From contig OY740781.1 of assembly GCA_963514005.1 (NCBI GenBank), positions 29,760,001 through 29,824,000 of the forward strand: a DNA stretch of 64,000 nt, written 5' to 3'. Shown here one piece after another: positions 37,713 to 50,562 of this stretch. The notes under the pieces were generated by a model, which was not told the origin of the DNA, made no database searches, and saw only the letters and a program-made list of their open reading frames with translations. Positions within the stretch are counted from its first letter, which is position 1, and every line of letters begins with the position of its first letter. The stretch comes from Raja brachyura (taxonomy: Eukaryota). The position numbers and the translations under genes were made by a program.

Positions 37713-38499
37713 AGTATTTGAGCACTTGCAGTGAGGAAGAAGTACTTCACGATCTGCGAATCACGAGAAGTTGTTTGCAATTTGCATCCCAGCACTGTTC
37801 AAGTCAGAGAGTTAATGCTGTGCAGCAGGAAACCATTAATCCCATCAAATTTTTGCTGGCATTTTGCAAAAGCGTTCGAGATGGTTCCCTTCCTTGGCCC
37901 TTTCTCTGTATGCCTGCCAGCTTTCTTTTCAAATCCAGTACTTACGAAATTCCTTTTTGAAAGCCATGATTGAATTTGCTTTCACCACTTTGAAAGGCAG
38001 TGAATTCCAGATCATAACTACTCATTTGGTAAGGACGTTTTCCCTCATGTCATTCCTGGTTCTTTTGCCAATCCCCTTAAACCTGTGGCCTTTGGCGCTT
38101 GACTATCCTCCCAATGGAAACAATGACTCATTATTTACGGGGTCCATTAACCTCCTCTCAGCTTTTACTTTGCTGCAATGTGGACAATCTCAGCTTCTTC
38201 ATTCTGATCAAATAATCTGGGTCCATTTTCTATAAACTCCCCTACCACCTTGCAAAGGTTCATCAATTCCTTCCTGAAATGCTATGTCCAGATTTACTGC
38301 AGCTTCTGCTTAGTATGTATTGCTTGGTGAAAGTGTTGCTCACCTTCATGCCCTGTGAGTTTCAGTCATTTGCTGTGTTTGTACCCAGTGAAGAAGCTCA
38401 GATCTAACAGTTCTGTATGGTATAAAATCTCTGACTCGAATAGGCATCTTTGCAACAGCATTGAAACTATTCATGACTGGCAATCAGCAAAGGACATTT

Positions 38500-39040
38500 A
38501 GAAACATGGATATAAGAGCAGGACTAGTCCATTTGGTGCTTTGAGCTTTCAATGCAATCACCATTATCTCAATACCATACTCTGGCTCTCTCTCTCCATA
38601 CGCCTGCTCCCTTTTAGTCCAAGATATATATCTAACTCCATCTTAACCATAATCAGTGATTCGGACTCTGCCACCTTCTGTGTTAAGAAATTCCGCAGGT
38701 TCCCCTCCATCTGAGTGAAGGAATTTCTCCTCACACCCTTTAACCTGAGACTGTAACTCTTCCATCTAGATCCCTGAGCCAAGGGAAACATACTCCCTAC
38801 ATCCACTCTGTCTAGCCCTGTCAGAACTTTATAAGTGTTTCAGTGGGATTCTATCTCATTCCTTTAAACTCCAGTAAATACAGACATGGTTGCCCTAATC
38901 TCTTCTCATATGACAGACCTGCCATCCCAGAAATTAGTCTAGTTAACCCCCAACATACTCCTTCTGAGGCAGATGCATATGTTCTTAGTTAGAGACCAAA
39001 ACTGCATACAAAATTCCAGATGTGGTATCACCAAGGCTTT
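38500..39040 (-). mobile_element. Old CR1 fragment
   Basis: DVGSMFPL...RRNSFTQ..GNL.NFL remnant. Confidence 0.7.
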
Positions 39041-40635
39041 ATGTCATTATATCTAAATATAATTTCCCCTGTACTCAAAACTCCCTGCAATAAAAACCAT
39101 TTAAGAACAAACCACAGAAAAAGGCCCTTTGGCCCTCAACGTCTGTGCCGAACATTAAGCAGGTTAAATCAATCTTGCCTGCCTGCATGTGATCAATATC
39201 CCTCCATTCCATGCAATCCAATCTAAAAGCTTTTTAAATGCCCCTATCATATCTGACTCCCCCACCACCCTTTGAAGCACGTGCAAGGCACCCATCATCC
39301 TCGATGTAAAAACATATCTCCTTCAAAGTTTGTTCCTCTCACCTTAAAGCTATGCTCTCTAGTCTTTGACATTTCCACCCTGAGAAAAAGGTTCTGACTG
39401 CCCACCTATCTACGCCTAATTAACTTCTCGCTGCACCTGTATGTTACAAGGTCACCAATGTCCTTTTGACCCCTCTACAATTCTCAGTCTATCATAATTT
39501 TAATTATACTGGGGGGGGGGGGGGTTTCTGGGGGGGTTTTCACACCTTAGTGAATAGCTTCATATTTATCCACGCTACCCTCATAAATGTTTATTTTTTT
39601 ACTTTTCCTTTCCATCCCTTTCTCCCTTCCCTTATTATTCCTGTCTTTCTCCCTCATTGTACTTTGTACTTTGACACAGATTTCACTCCCTCTCTCCTAC
39701 CTGCCTCACTCCTTTCTCTGTTGATTTATTCGTCCCTCTGTTTATTTCATTGGTGAAGGAGTATTTGACCAGGTTACACATGCCCTCGTTGCGCACACTT
39801 CCTGCAGCTCTGTGCACAAAGCAACAATAAAAAAGAACCATGTAAGAACAAGTCAAATTTACATCTTGTGTGAGGTGCCAGTCCAGCAATATCGAGTGTA
39901 TTGTCCATACTCACATAGGTAGAACAGCACCAGAGGACTTCTGCTCAATTCTGTAAATCATGATTCATAAAGAGCAGGGAAGAAAACTGGGGGAAAATGA
40001 CCTTTCACTCCACATTCAATGTTTTATATGTTCCTTTACCTTTAAGTTTGAATTCTTAATCTATTCTCCATGTGTATCCACAGCAAATAATGAAACAAAA
40101 TATAGTTCCAACTTTGAAACGAAACATATTTAGCAAAGGGAACAAAACAGTGTTATCAGTACAGAAAATACTGCTCTATTAGTATTGGCAACCAAATCTA
40201 AGTGCCAGCAATACAACAACTGCAGAAACAACATCGAACCATCAAAACATTACATTTTACTGCATAGTTTACTTAGTTCCAGACAGAGGGATTTTTAGAT
40301 GACCAGACACATCACCCCTCTTTCCTTGTGCTACAATTGATAAAGTACTGTAAGTAAAATGCCTGTTGCATGCACTAGTATTAGGGACATAAAAGTTGCC
40401 CTACTGGACTCAAACCAAATGCTCTTCATTGTTGAAGTAAACGTCTACACTGTTCACTCTATGTAATACAGGGGTGATGGATCGACCAATAATGAGGCCA
40501 TGAAGCGAGAGCTTATAATATAGTTTTAGTTATTATTGTCACGTCAACCGAGGTACAGTGTTGTGTTGCGTGCTATCCAGTCAGTGAAAAGATTACATAC
40601 GATTATAATAAAATTGTCCGCATTGATTTACATGT

Positions 40636-40934
40636 AGTTTAGTTTAGTTTAGAGATACAGCGTGGAAACAGGCCCTTCAGCCCATTGGGACCGCATCAAC
40701 CAGTGATCCCCGCATATTAACACTATCCTACACACACTAGGGACAATCTTGTTTTACATTTACCAAACCAATTTACCTACCAACCTGTACATCTTTATAG
40801 TGTGGGAGGAAACCAAAGATCTCGGAGAAAACCCACGCGGTCACGGGGAGAACGTACAAACTCCGTACAGACAGCACCCGTAGTCGAGATCAAACCCCGG
40901 TCACCGGCGCTGTAAGTGTTGTAAGGCAGCAACG
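40636..40934 (-). mobile_element. HE1-like SINE (full length)
   Basis: Same family, well preserved. Confidence 0.87.
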
Positions 40935-41222
40935 CAACCTATACTCCACCGTGCGCTTTATCAAGATCGATCAAAATCAGCAATTGCAATGGATGATAGC
41001 TGATCCACATCTGGGACTAGCATGCAAAGTGTCACCTGGCTTCATTGTCATCTTGTTTACCAACTAGACCCTGAGATATAGATCTTTGCTATAACTATTC
41101 CACTATTCCTGAGACTATGTGACTCCACATCCAAGAAAACCCACCAGCTACAGACATAGCTTCTTCCACCCCCCCATTAAAGCACAGACACAGGTAAACA
41201 TGCATTTTTTTACACAATTTGT

Positions 41223-41442
41223 NNNNNNNNNNNNNNNNNNNNNNNNNNNNNNNNNNNNNNNNNNNNNNNNNNNNNNNNNNNNNNNNNNNNNNNNNNNNNN
41301 NNNNNNNNNNNNNNNNNNNNNNNNNNNNNNNNNNNNNNNNNNNNNNNNNNNNNNNNNNNNNNNNNNNNNNNNNNNNNNNNNNNNNNNNNNNNNNNNNNNN
41401 NNNNNNNNNNNNNNNNNNNNNNNNNNNNNNNNNNNNNNNNNN
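41223..41442. other. Assembly gap (220 N)
   Basis: Run of N. Confidence 1.
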
Positions 41443-41728
41443 GACAACTTGTTCTATTTGATCTTATTTGATTGTGCACGCCGGGTTGATTGCATTCGTT
41501 GGAACAGGGCGGACCACGTGAAGGTTGCAATCTTCCACCCCATTCTAATAATACCAGGTACATCTAACCAGAATAGGTTATTTAGCCCCATCAGCCTGTC
41601 ATGGTGTTCCTTGAAGTCATGGGTGGTGGGGCACTAACTCCATGCAATTCTTTTCATATTCCTTCATTCCCTAAAGGCTTTGGTTTAGGTATATTGTCCT
41701 GTTTACCAAGATACAGTGAAAAGCTTTA

Positions 41729-42202
41729 AGGGCCTGTCACACTAGCGCGCGATTAGACGCGACAAGCGCGACCTACCGTGGTCGCTTTAGTCGTCCGGCC
41801 TCGCGTGACCCTGTCCCACTGCGATCGCCGGAGTCTCGTGGAGTTCCGCGGACTCGTGTGGAGCTGGTGTCGACATCGCGCGTAGTGTCCAAAAACCGAC
41901 ACTGCTTAAAAATTACGCGCGGCAAAATCCTGTCGCGCGGAACGTGATGACGTTTTGACGTTGTGCGTCTTCAGCGTGGCGTTGCGTGATGACGTCACTG
42001 CCCGACGTCGTGCAACGCGCATGCTCATGCGCATCGTCACGTGATGAAAAATAACGTCCTTCCTTCGGACGTCGCGCGTGTAATCGCGCGCTAGTGGGAC
42101 AGGCCCTTCACTCGCACCGGGATCGCCTGACCCCCACGCGACCCCCGCGTCCGAATTTGTCGCGCTTGTCGCGTCTAATCGCGCGCTAGTGTGACAGGCC
42201 CT
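41729..42202. mobile_element. PIF/Harbinger-type MITE
   Basis: Perfect 44-bp TIRs (AGGGCCTGTCACACTAGCGCGCG...; 41729-41772 and 42159-42202), TTA TSD, very CpG-rich. Confidence 0.9.
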
Positions 42203-42229
42203 TTACTTAGCATGCTATCCAATCAAAGT

Positions 42230-43261
42230 AGGTATGTTACAAAACTTACCTTCAGCGGCGCTGCAGTTCTGCCGCTGCCCATGTGCGCGACTTTGAAGCC
42301 TTTGAGAAGAAGGTGGGTTTAAAATGACGTTTTGCTCCAGACAATTCAAATCGATCAATCTCAGGGGATTTAGTTGCTAAAGAGAAATCGCTCCGACATT
42401 TGTTTTATGGAGTTATTTTTAAACTACGCTGGATCATTTATTAGAATTAAAAATCGTATTCTAAAGCCGTGAACGCCGACAACGGGACGGACCTTACGTA
42501 GGGGACAAAAGAAGGTACACAGTTTATTTTTACATAAAAACGTGGTTCTTAGGAAGCCTTTAATTAACATTTCATGTCGCGAAAAGGGGACAAAAAATAT
42601 ATACGAACCGGCAGTATTTTTCCTGCCGACTGGGGGTTAAATTCACCGCAAACCGCAATGTTCCAATCCATCGCGTTCCACAAAATCCCACTCGCAAGTT
42701 GATTTAAATGGCCATTAATTTACAGGCATTAAACACTAAATTCCTTCAATTTGGCCTATAAATTCATGAAAATGAGATTTAAAAATCATGTTATATTGTG
42801 AATTATTGTGTGAATGTTATTTGGACACTTAGGCAATTTTAAAATGTTTATCTTTTCTTAAGAAAAGAATAGATGTTTAGATCTAGTAATTGAATTTTGT
42901 AATTAGCTACAATTGGGTAACTAACTAATTATATGCTTTAATTTCGGGCCATCCAAGTAAGATTGTTTCATATTTGTTTCAGAATGCTTCAGTCTATAAT
43001 AACTGAAAATTTCATTCAGTTCTCTTAATTTTTAAGAAAGTTATGGGCTTTTGACTGTCAATCACAGCTTTTGAGTTAAGTCAATGGAAAAGCAATGGGG
43101 AACAAGATGCTAATTGCTGAGTATGAAAATGGCCATAACGTTTTTAATATTGAAGGTATGAAAGTGAATTCGGTGTCAAATTAAACTTATTTTTATGCTT
43201 TATCTGATGGGTTAAATTGCAGACTTGATTTTTTTAAATCTCAAAATTTTGTAACATTGCT
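42230..43261. mobile_element. Non-autonomous DNA transposon, 9-bp TSD
   Basis: TIR AGGTATGTTACAAAA / AGCAATGTTACAAAA (13/15); AATCAAAGT at 42221-42229 and 43262-43270. Confidence 0.82.
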
Positions 43262-43271
43262 AATCAAAGTC

Positions 43272-43840
43272 CACCATTGATTCCATCTACACTTCATGCT
43301 GCCTCGGAAAAGCAGCCAGTATAATCAAAGATTTGTCCCACCCCTGTCATTCTTTCTCTGCTCCTATCCTGCAGAAGCCATAGAAGCTTGAAGCCATGCA
43401 CCACCAAATCCAGGAACTGCTTCTTCCCTTCTGTTAACAGGCTGCTGAATGGTCCTTCTCTAAGCTTGGGTACTGTCTTTTTCACCTCTACCCCATTGTG
43501 GATATTGACATTATCTATGGAACTGATGCGCTACAATGCTGGGAACTATAGTTTACTTTAGTATAGTTTGGAGATACAGCACAGAAACAGGCTCTTTGTT
43601 TCACCGAGTCCACATTGACCAGTGATCCCCGCACATTCACACTACCCTACACACACTAGGAACAATTTTTACATTTATGCAATTATACCAAGCCAATTAA
43701 CCTACAAGTCTATATGTCTTTGCATTCTGTATCTTGGCTTGGTTGCATTTATGTTTTGTATTATTTGATCTGATTGGATAGCATGCAAAACAAAGCTTTT
43801 TACTCTACCTCGGTAAACATGACAATAATGAACCTAAGCC
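43272..43840 (+). mobile_element. Rex1-type 3' end interrupted by a SINE
   Basis: CCLGKAASIIKD...NCFFPSVNRLLN remnant plus ...GACAATAA tail. Confidence 0.7.
43550..43722 (-). mobile_element. HE1-like SINE 3' half inside a Rex1 tail
   Basis: Same family. Confidence 0.75.
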
Positions 43841-45059
43841 CAATCTCACATTAAAAATTAAGAATGGCCTATATTCTAATCCTTAACGAATGAAAAATTG
43901 TTTCCTCCAATTAATAATGGGAAATTTAAATTAAATCACTCATTAATCTAATTTCTGGAGAATACAATTCTGCCTCACCCGCTGGGTTTCTCCAGCATTT
44001 TTGTCTACCTTCGATTTTCCAGCATCTGCAGTTCCTTCTTAAACATGTATTTACTCCTAATGTAATTGTTGAAGTCTGGGTACACATTGAATGGCGGTGC
44101 TGGCTCGAAGGGCCAAATGGCCTACTCCTGCACCTATTGTCTATTGTCTACTGGTATCATATTGGTAATTGGTTATTATTGACTGTACTTCCCACAAGGC
44201 TGCCTTCCTGCCCAGAGATGTGCATAGCTCACCAGTTGCTGCCTAACTGGGCATCTTCATTGGGTATTTTCATTTGTCATTATACCTGATCCTGACATTT
44301 TAACAGTATGTATACATAGACATTGCCAAGTATTTGGATTTGCACTGCTACTAGCTTCTCACCATTTAGAAGATACTCTGTGGTAATATTCAAAGTAGGT
44401 GGTCTAATTTTCACCTTTTATCAAAATCCATTGATCGATAGTCTGGTTCATTCACTTAATCTATTTGTAACTTATTACTTCCATTTTAAAACAATGGTTT
44501 TGTCTCTGGTAAGGCATATCTTTCAACGATTGAGTTTTTGAAGAAGTGCCAAAGGTGATTGATGAGGGTAGAGGAGTGGATGTTGTCAACATGGCATTTC
44601 ACAGGGTCGCTCATGGTAGGCAAATCCAGAGATAGCGGCAAAGGCTAAAAGTGAAAATGAGGAAATAGGATATCAGATAATACAATACAATATAATACAA
44701 TACAATACCGTTTATTGTTATTTGAACCTCAAATAAGTCTAAATGAAAATAAATTTGGTTTCTGCAGTCATACAACAAGAAAAAAAACAAGACACACAAT
44801 TAACACAATTTACACAAACATCCATCCAACATGAATCTCCTCCTCACTGTGATGGAAGGCAAAGTCATTGTCTCTCCCCTGTTTTCTATTCTTCTCCCGA
44901 TGTTAAATGAATGAATGAAGAGGAGGAGTGAAATGTAAAGCGAGAGAGAGGGAGGGGTGTGGGTCAAGGGAACAGGGGCAAGGGGAAAAAGGGGTAAATG
45001 GGAAGGGACTCCCCATTTACCTCTTTTTCCATTTGACCCTGTTCATCTTCCACCCATTT

Positions 45060-45195
45060 CCGTTCGGACATTTCTGATCTTAGCCTCCTCCAGTGCCAGA
45101 TTGAGGACACAAAGAAACCAGAGCAATAGCATCTTCATGGGTAACTTATAGCCCAACTGTATTAAAACGTACTTCTCCAATTTCAGTTTAAAGAG
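45060..45195 (+). mobile_element. Penelope GIY-YIG C-terminal remnant
   Basis: DISDLSLLQCQIE...FSNFS* resembles 34180-34310. Confidence 0.5.
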
Positions 45196-45864
45196 CCCCC
45201 TGCCCCCCCCACTCCCCACATCACCATCTCCCTCCCCATCACCCCCCCCCCCACCCCCCAGCCCCCAGCCGCCCAGTGCCGCAGCTTAGCGCCAACCCGG
45301 AGCATGGAGTGAATGCAGGTGCAGGATACTGAGTTGGATGATCAGCCATGATCATATTGAATGGCGGTGCAGGCACGAAGGGCCGAATGGCCTACTCCAG
45401 CACCTACTTTCTATGTTTCTATGCGATCTATTTAGGGCGGGCACCTACGGATGTCGAAGTGGATGGCATCACCCTGCTGCAGACTTCTGCTGCCTCAAAT
45501 GCAAGAAGAAGAAGATCTGCTTCCATATTAATTTCCTCATATTGCCCAGGATATTGCATCTACTGAAGCATAGAAATCAACTAAAATGCCTCTAACAACT
45601 AAACAATGCAACTAAACAATGTGACTAAAAATGTTTACAATGCTTCTAACCACCAGCTTTGTGTTTAGTTTAATATCTCTTGCCCGTTCCTTTTCATATT
45701 CCCTTTAGATTTACTCCCTTAGCATTCCTTTCCATTCTGCCACCATTTACTATTCTTCATAACCCTCCATACTAGATTCGTATTCTTTTGGTGTGCCTTT
45801 CCTTTGTGTTACTATCTACCTCTTTAAAAGTAGTCTGTTGTTGTTTAATGTGATAAGTAGTATT

Positions 45865-46570
45865 GGTAAATACTACACCCGAATTGGTAAAGCTGAGGGT
45901 AGACAAAAATTCTGGAGAAACTCAGCGGGTGAGGCAGCATCTATGGAGCGAAGGAATTGGTGACGTTTCGGGTCGAGCATTTTTGTCTACCTTCGATTTT
46001 TCCAGCATCTTCAGTTCTTTCTTAAACAATTGGTAAAGCTGCATCAGTCTTCAGACGAATGCAGCCAATATGGTCAGGTGGTGAGATATCCAAGATGCTA
46101 AAAGTCAAGCTCTTCCAGTCCGTAGTCCTCCCTACAGCCCTCTATGCCAGTGGGACATGGAAAATCAATGTGAAGATGAAAAATAAATTGGATGCATTCC
46201 AACAACGCTGCTTGAGGAAGATCCTGAAGACTAGCTACAGAGACCACATCACAAACGAGGAGATCTACTGTGAAACTGCAACAAAGCCTCTCAGCCAGGA
46301 CATAGAGGGACGCAGGATGAAATTTGCAGGACATGTACTCAGAATGTCACCAGAACGTGCACCTAAGATAGCAATGTCATGGAAACCTGACGGAAGAAGG
46401 AAAAGAGGCCGTCCAAAACTCACATGGAGGCGAACATTCCAGAAGGATTTGGAAGCCCGGACGCAAGCCTATCAAGGGTGGAAGACGTCGCACATGACCG
46501 AACAGAATGGCGAAAGCTGGCTGCCCAATGCACTCAACCGTGTGGGAGGAACTAAGTCTAAATAAGTAAG
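45865..46570 (+). mobile_element. RTE-clade LINE 3' fragment
   Basis: RIGKAASVFRRMQPIW...KVKLFQSVVLPTALYASGTW...LDAFQQRCLRKIL...GHVLRM...GRRKRGRPKLTWRR; (TAAG)n tail; flanked by a long direct repeat. Confidence 0.88.
45896..46028. mobile_element. Penelope pLTR inverted mini-insertion nested in the RTE
   Basis: Perfect TSD AATTGGTAAAGCTG. Confidence 0.8.
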
Positions 46571-47224
46571 TAGTCTGTTGCTGTTCAATGTAATAAGTAG
46601 TATTCCTGTAGGCTTCTCCCCATTCTTCAGAAGTAGCTTCAGCAGAAGATTACCAGAGATACCAAGAGCACAAGAACACATTGTGTCCTTCTTGTATTTC
46701 TGTCTTCTTGAAATAAATATGGCAGAAGATTATTAAACATTCCAGAGCAAAGCTGTAAACAGTCAAGAAGATTCTACCACAGTGTTTCTTTTCCCTCGCC
46801 CCACTTCACAACAACTTTCTTCTCACCTTCCTAAAGAGATGAGTTCTGATGACTAAGAATTCAAAGCATTCTAGTAGTCAGCTGGTCAGTTTTCATGCAT
46901 AAACCTCAAAACAATATTTCAAGCTAACTCAGTCTTGTTTCTTCAAATAGTAAAATGCACGGCAGTCTGGGCTCCCCCTAAGAGCTGGATGATGGCATAA
47001 GTGACTGAAGTTGCTGGAATCTGGAGCAACAAACAATCTGCTGGTCAGGCAGCATGTTTGGATGGAATTGGACAGCTAATATTTTGGTTCGGGAATCTTC
47101 ATCTGACCCAGTCCACATGAAGGATCTCGACCTGAAAGGCTCCCGACCAGTGAACTGCTGGAACACATTTAATTCTACGCCATCAGAACTAATTCCTTTA
47201 GGAAGGTTGAAAGAAGGTTGTTGT

Positions 47225-47690
47225 CATAAGGTCATAAGTGATAGGAGTACAATTAGGCCCATTTGGCCCATCAAGTTGACTCCGCCATTCAATCATGGCT
47301 GATCCATCTCTCCCTCCTATCACCATTCTCCTGCCTTCTCCCCATAACCTCTGACACTTGTACTAATCAAGAATCTATCTATCTCTGCCTTAAAAATATC
47401 CACTGACAGGGCCTCCACAGCCTTCTGTGGAAAATAATTCCACAGATTCACCACCCTCTGACTAAAGACATTTCTCCTCATCTCCTTCCTAAAAGAATGT
47501 CCTTTAATTCTGAGGTTATGACCTCTAGTCTTAGATTCTCCTACTAATGGAAACATCTTCTCCACATCCACCCTATCCAAGCCTTTCACTCATTCTTCTA
47601 AACTCCAGCGAGTACAGGTCCAGTACCGACAAATGCTCATCAAATGGTAACCTACTAATTCCTGGGATCATTCTTGTAAACCTCCTCTGG
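47225..47690 (-). mobile_element. CR1 3' fragment
   Basis: KGLDRVDVEKMFPLVGESKTRGHNLRIKG...GYGEKAGEW. Confidence 0.88.
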
Positions 47691-47691
47691 T

Positions 47692-48907
47692 TAAGCCCTG
47701 CAAATTACTTCCTCCTGTTCCTATGTTAATAGCCCAGCTATAGGTAAGTGGAGCCTGCATTGCAGGTGATAGCTGGGGTTCTGCATATCAAAATACCATT
47801 CAACGGTAGAAGACCAACATAAGGATGTAGATCAGCTGTGGGGTATGGACGGGCTAATGTTTATTTTCACTAGTCAACCTCATAATTCCAAATTATGAGG
47901 TGGGCTAGGGAGAATAAACATCTTCCTGACTGTTCATTTCTCTGCATGGATGTTGCGTGACCTGCCGAGTTCCTCCAGCAGATTGTTTGTGTGATGGAAA
48001 TGAGCAAGTGTGAGGTGGCTCGATTTGGGAGCTCAAATATAAGGGGAAAGCATATAGTTCATGTCAAGACACTCACCAGCATTGATGTACAGATGGATCC
48101 TGGGATCCAACAATACAGCTTCCTGAAAGTAGCACACAAGTATATGGGTGAGAACATGTGTTGGTTCCATGAACACTGCTTAATTACCTGCCGTCAGATA
48201 TGGTGCCACTGGCTCAGAATTCCTGGTCTAAGTAGCTCAAGAAGGTGGTTCACTCATCACACAGCCAACATCATCAAGGACCCACATCATCCTGGCCATG
48301 CACACATCTCTCCGCTACCATCGGGCAGAAGGTACAGGAGCCTGAAATCTGTTACATCCAGGTTCAGGAACAGCTTCTTCCCCACAGCCATCAGGCTATT
48401 AAACTCGCCAACAAACAGACTCTGAACTGTAACAGCCTATTGCACTTTATCTGCTTATTTATGTGTATATTGAACTGAACAGTTCAGTATTTTTGCTTAC
48501 ATTATTCTGTTGTGCTGCAGCAAGCAAGAATTTCATTGTCCTATCTGGGACACATGACAATAAACTCTCTTGACTCTCTTGACTTGATATGACTCTTGTC
48601 GAGTAATTAAGGATAAATAATAAACAGTGGGCTTGTCACTGCTTACTAGGAGTAGACCCTGAGGTGAAGATTGATTGTGTGCATGTGGGATGGCTTGGGG
48701 TGAGTGGTTTTCGGGTGGACGCTGTGGTAGTTGTGTCAGGTGAAAAGAGGATTGACCTTGGTTATGTTGGTCTTCTACGGTTGAATAGCATTTTGAGATG
48801 CAGAACCTGCAATACAGCCACTTACCTGTAGCAGGACTATTAACATAAAAACAGGAGGGCGCAATTTATTAGTTTGAGCCTGCTCACCCTGCTGTTTACA
48901 GGGCTTA
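47692..48907. mobile_element. Decayed long-TIR DNA element with nested retroelements
   Basis: 47692-47822 is the degenerate reverse complement of 48762-48907. Confidence 0.7.
48255..48590 (+). mobile_element. Rex1-type 3' end
   Basis: ANIIKDPHHPGHAHISPLPSGRRYRSLKSVTSRFRNSFFPTAIRLLN; tail matches 35737-35945. Confidence 0.85.
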
Positions 48908-49325
48908 TTTCAACACATTGTCCTTTATTTCAGCATATTGGCTTTTATTAAATGCGCCCCTCCAGATTCAGTGACATTATCTTTCCAGCTGTTTTCAGGA
49001 AACTGAACCATCCTACCAACAACTAGAGAGCAGTCCTGAACTACTGCCGACCTCATTGGAGACCCTTGAACTATATGTGATTGGACATTACAGAATTTAT
49101 CTTGCACTAAACCCTATTCACATTATTCCCTTTATCATGTATCTGTACACTGTGGGTGGCTCGATTGTAATCATCTATTGCCTTTCCGCTGACTGGTTAG
49201 CACACAACAAAAGCTTTTCACTGTACCTTGGTACACATGACAATAAACTAAACTCAAACTGAACTCAAACTAAGTGAGGGTTTTGAGTATAAAAGTTGGG
49301 ATGTTATGTTACCGCTGTACATCAA

Positions 49326-49558
49326 AACATAGAAACATAGAAAAATAGGTGCAGCGGTAGGCCCTTCGAGCCAGCACCGCCATTCAATATGATCATGGCT
49401 GATCATCTAAAATCAGTACCCCATTCCTGCTTTTTCCCCATATCCCTTGATTCCTTTAGCCCTAAGTGCTAAATCTATCTCTCTTTTGAAAACATCCAGT
49501 GAATTGGCCTTCACTGCCTTCTGTGGCAGAGAATTCCATAGATTCACAAATCTCTGGC
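49326..49558 (-). mobile_element. CR1 3' fragment
   Basis: (CATAGAAA)n tail and CR1 3' UTR/C-terminus. Confidence 0.8.
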
Positions 49559-49744
49559 TATACAAGCTATACAAATCTACATTTAAGTATAAACTTAAAC
49601 TTAAATTAAAGTCTCACCTCATGCCCTTGACCCATCCTCTTACATTTGGGGCAATATAAGTACAGTTGCCAACTCATCTGACAATCATCGAAGATCTGAA
49701 ATTCCAGAAAGCGAGAGAGAAGTCTTTCGAGCTGAATCAAAAAT

Positions 49745-50030
49745 CAGAGGACATAGGTTTAAGGTGAAGGTAAAATATTTAATAGGAATCTGAGGGGTAA
49801 CTTTTTCACACAGAAGGTGATGGATGTATGGAACAAGGTGTCAAAGGAGGTAGTTGAGACAGGGACTATCCCAACATTCAGAAAGGTACATGGATAGGAT
49901 AGGTTTGGAGGGATATGGACCATAGAAACATAGAAGTACTAGCAGGTGGGCCCAGTGTAGCTGGGACATTTTGGCCGGTGTGGGCAAGTTGGGCCGTAGG
50001 GCCTGTATCCACACTGTATCTCTCTATGAT
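49745..50030 (+). mobile_element. CR1 3' fragment
   Basis: RGHRFKVK...RGNFFTQ.V..VWN remnant and tail. Confidence 0.7.
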
Positions 50031-50562
50031 ACTATGATTCCATAAGTCTAAATGCTGGAAAGTAAGTATGTTGAGTTCAATGTTAAAGTCCAAACACGTG
50101 TAATGGGCCAAGTCGGGAGATGTTTTTCCATGAGATTGCACTGGATCAGTGTAGGAGGCTAAAGACAGAGAGATCCAAAATGCCGTGGGATAGGGAATTA
50201 TACTCTCAAGCAGATGAACCTTCGGGAATACCCTAATGGATGGACTAGAGTGGTTCTGTAAAATTGTCAACCAATTTATGCTCTGTTTCAGCGGAATTCG
50301 TCCGTGCCGACCAAAATGCCCGATAACGCTAATCCCATTTACCTATTATTCTACCAAGTAGAAACAAGGAACTGGTTTAAACAAGAAACAAGATACTGAT
50401 TTAGCAAGGAAAGGCACAAAATGCTGGGTCAGGCACATCCCTGGAGAACACAGATAGGAGACATTTTAGGTCGGGACTTTTCTGCAGCCTGTTTGCAGGG
50501 TTGTGGAGCTCTTTCTCCTCCCACTGCAATTAGTCCAAAGAATAATCCCATGTTTTCTATGG

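Noticed and set aside
41119-41637. ORFs with X runs
   Set aside because: Artefacts of the N gap.
47991-48425. 144-aa ORF as a novel gene
   Set aside because: Chance fusion of decayed CR1 and Rex1 fragments.
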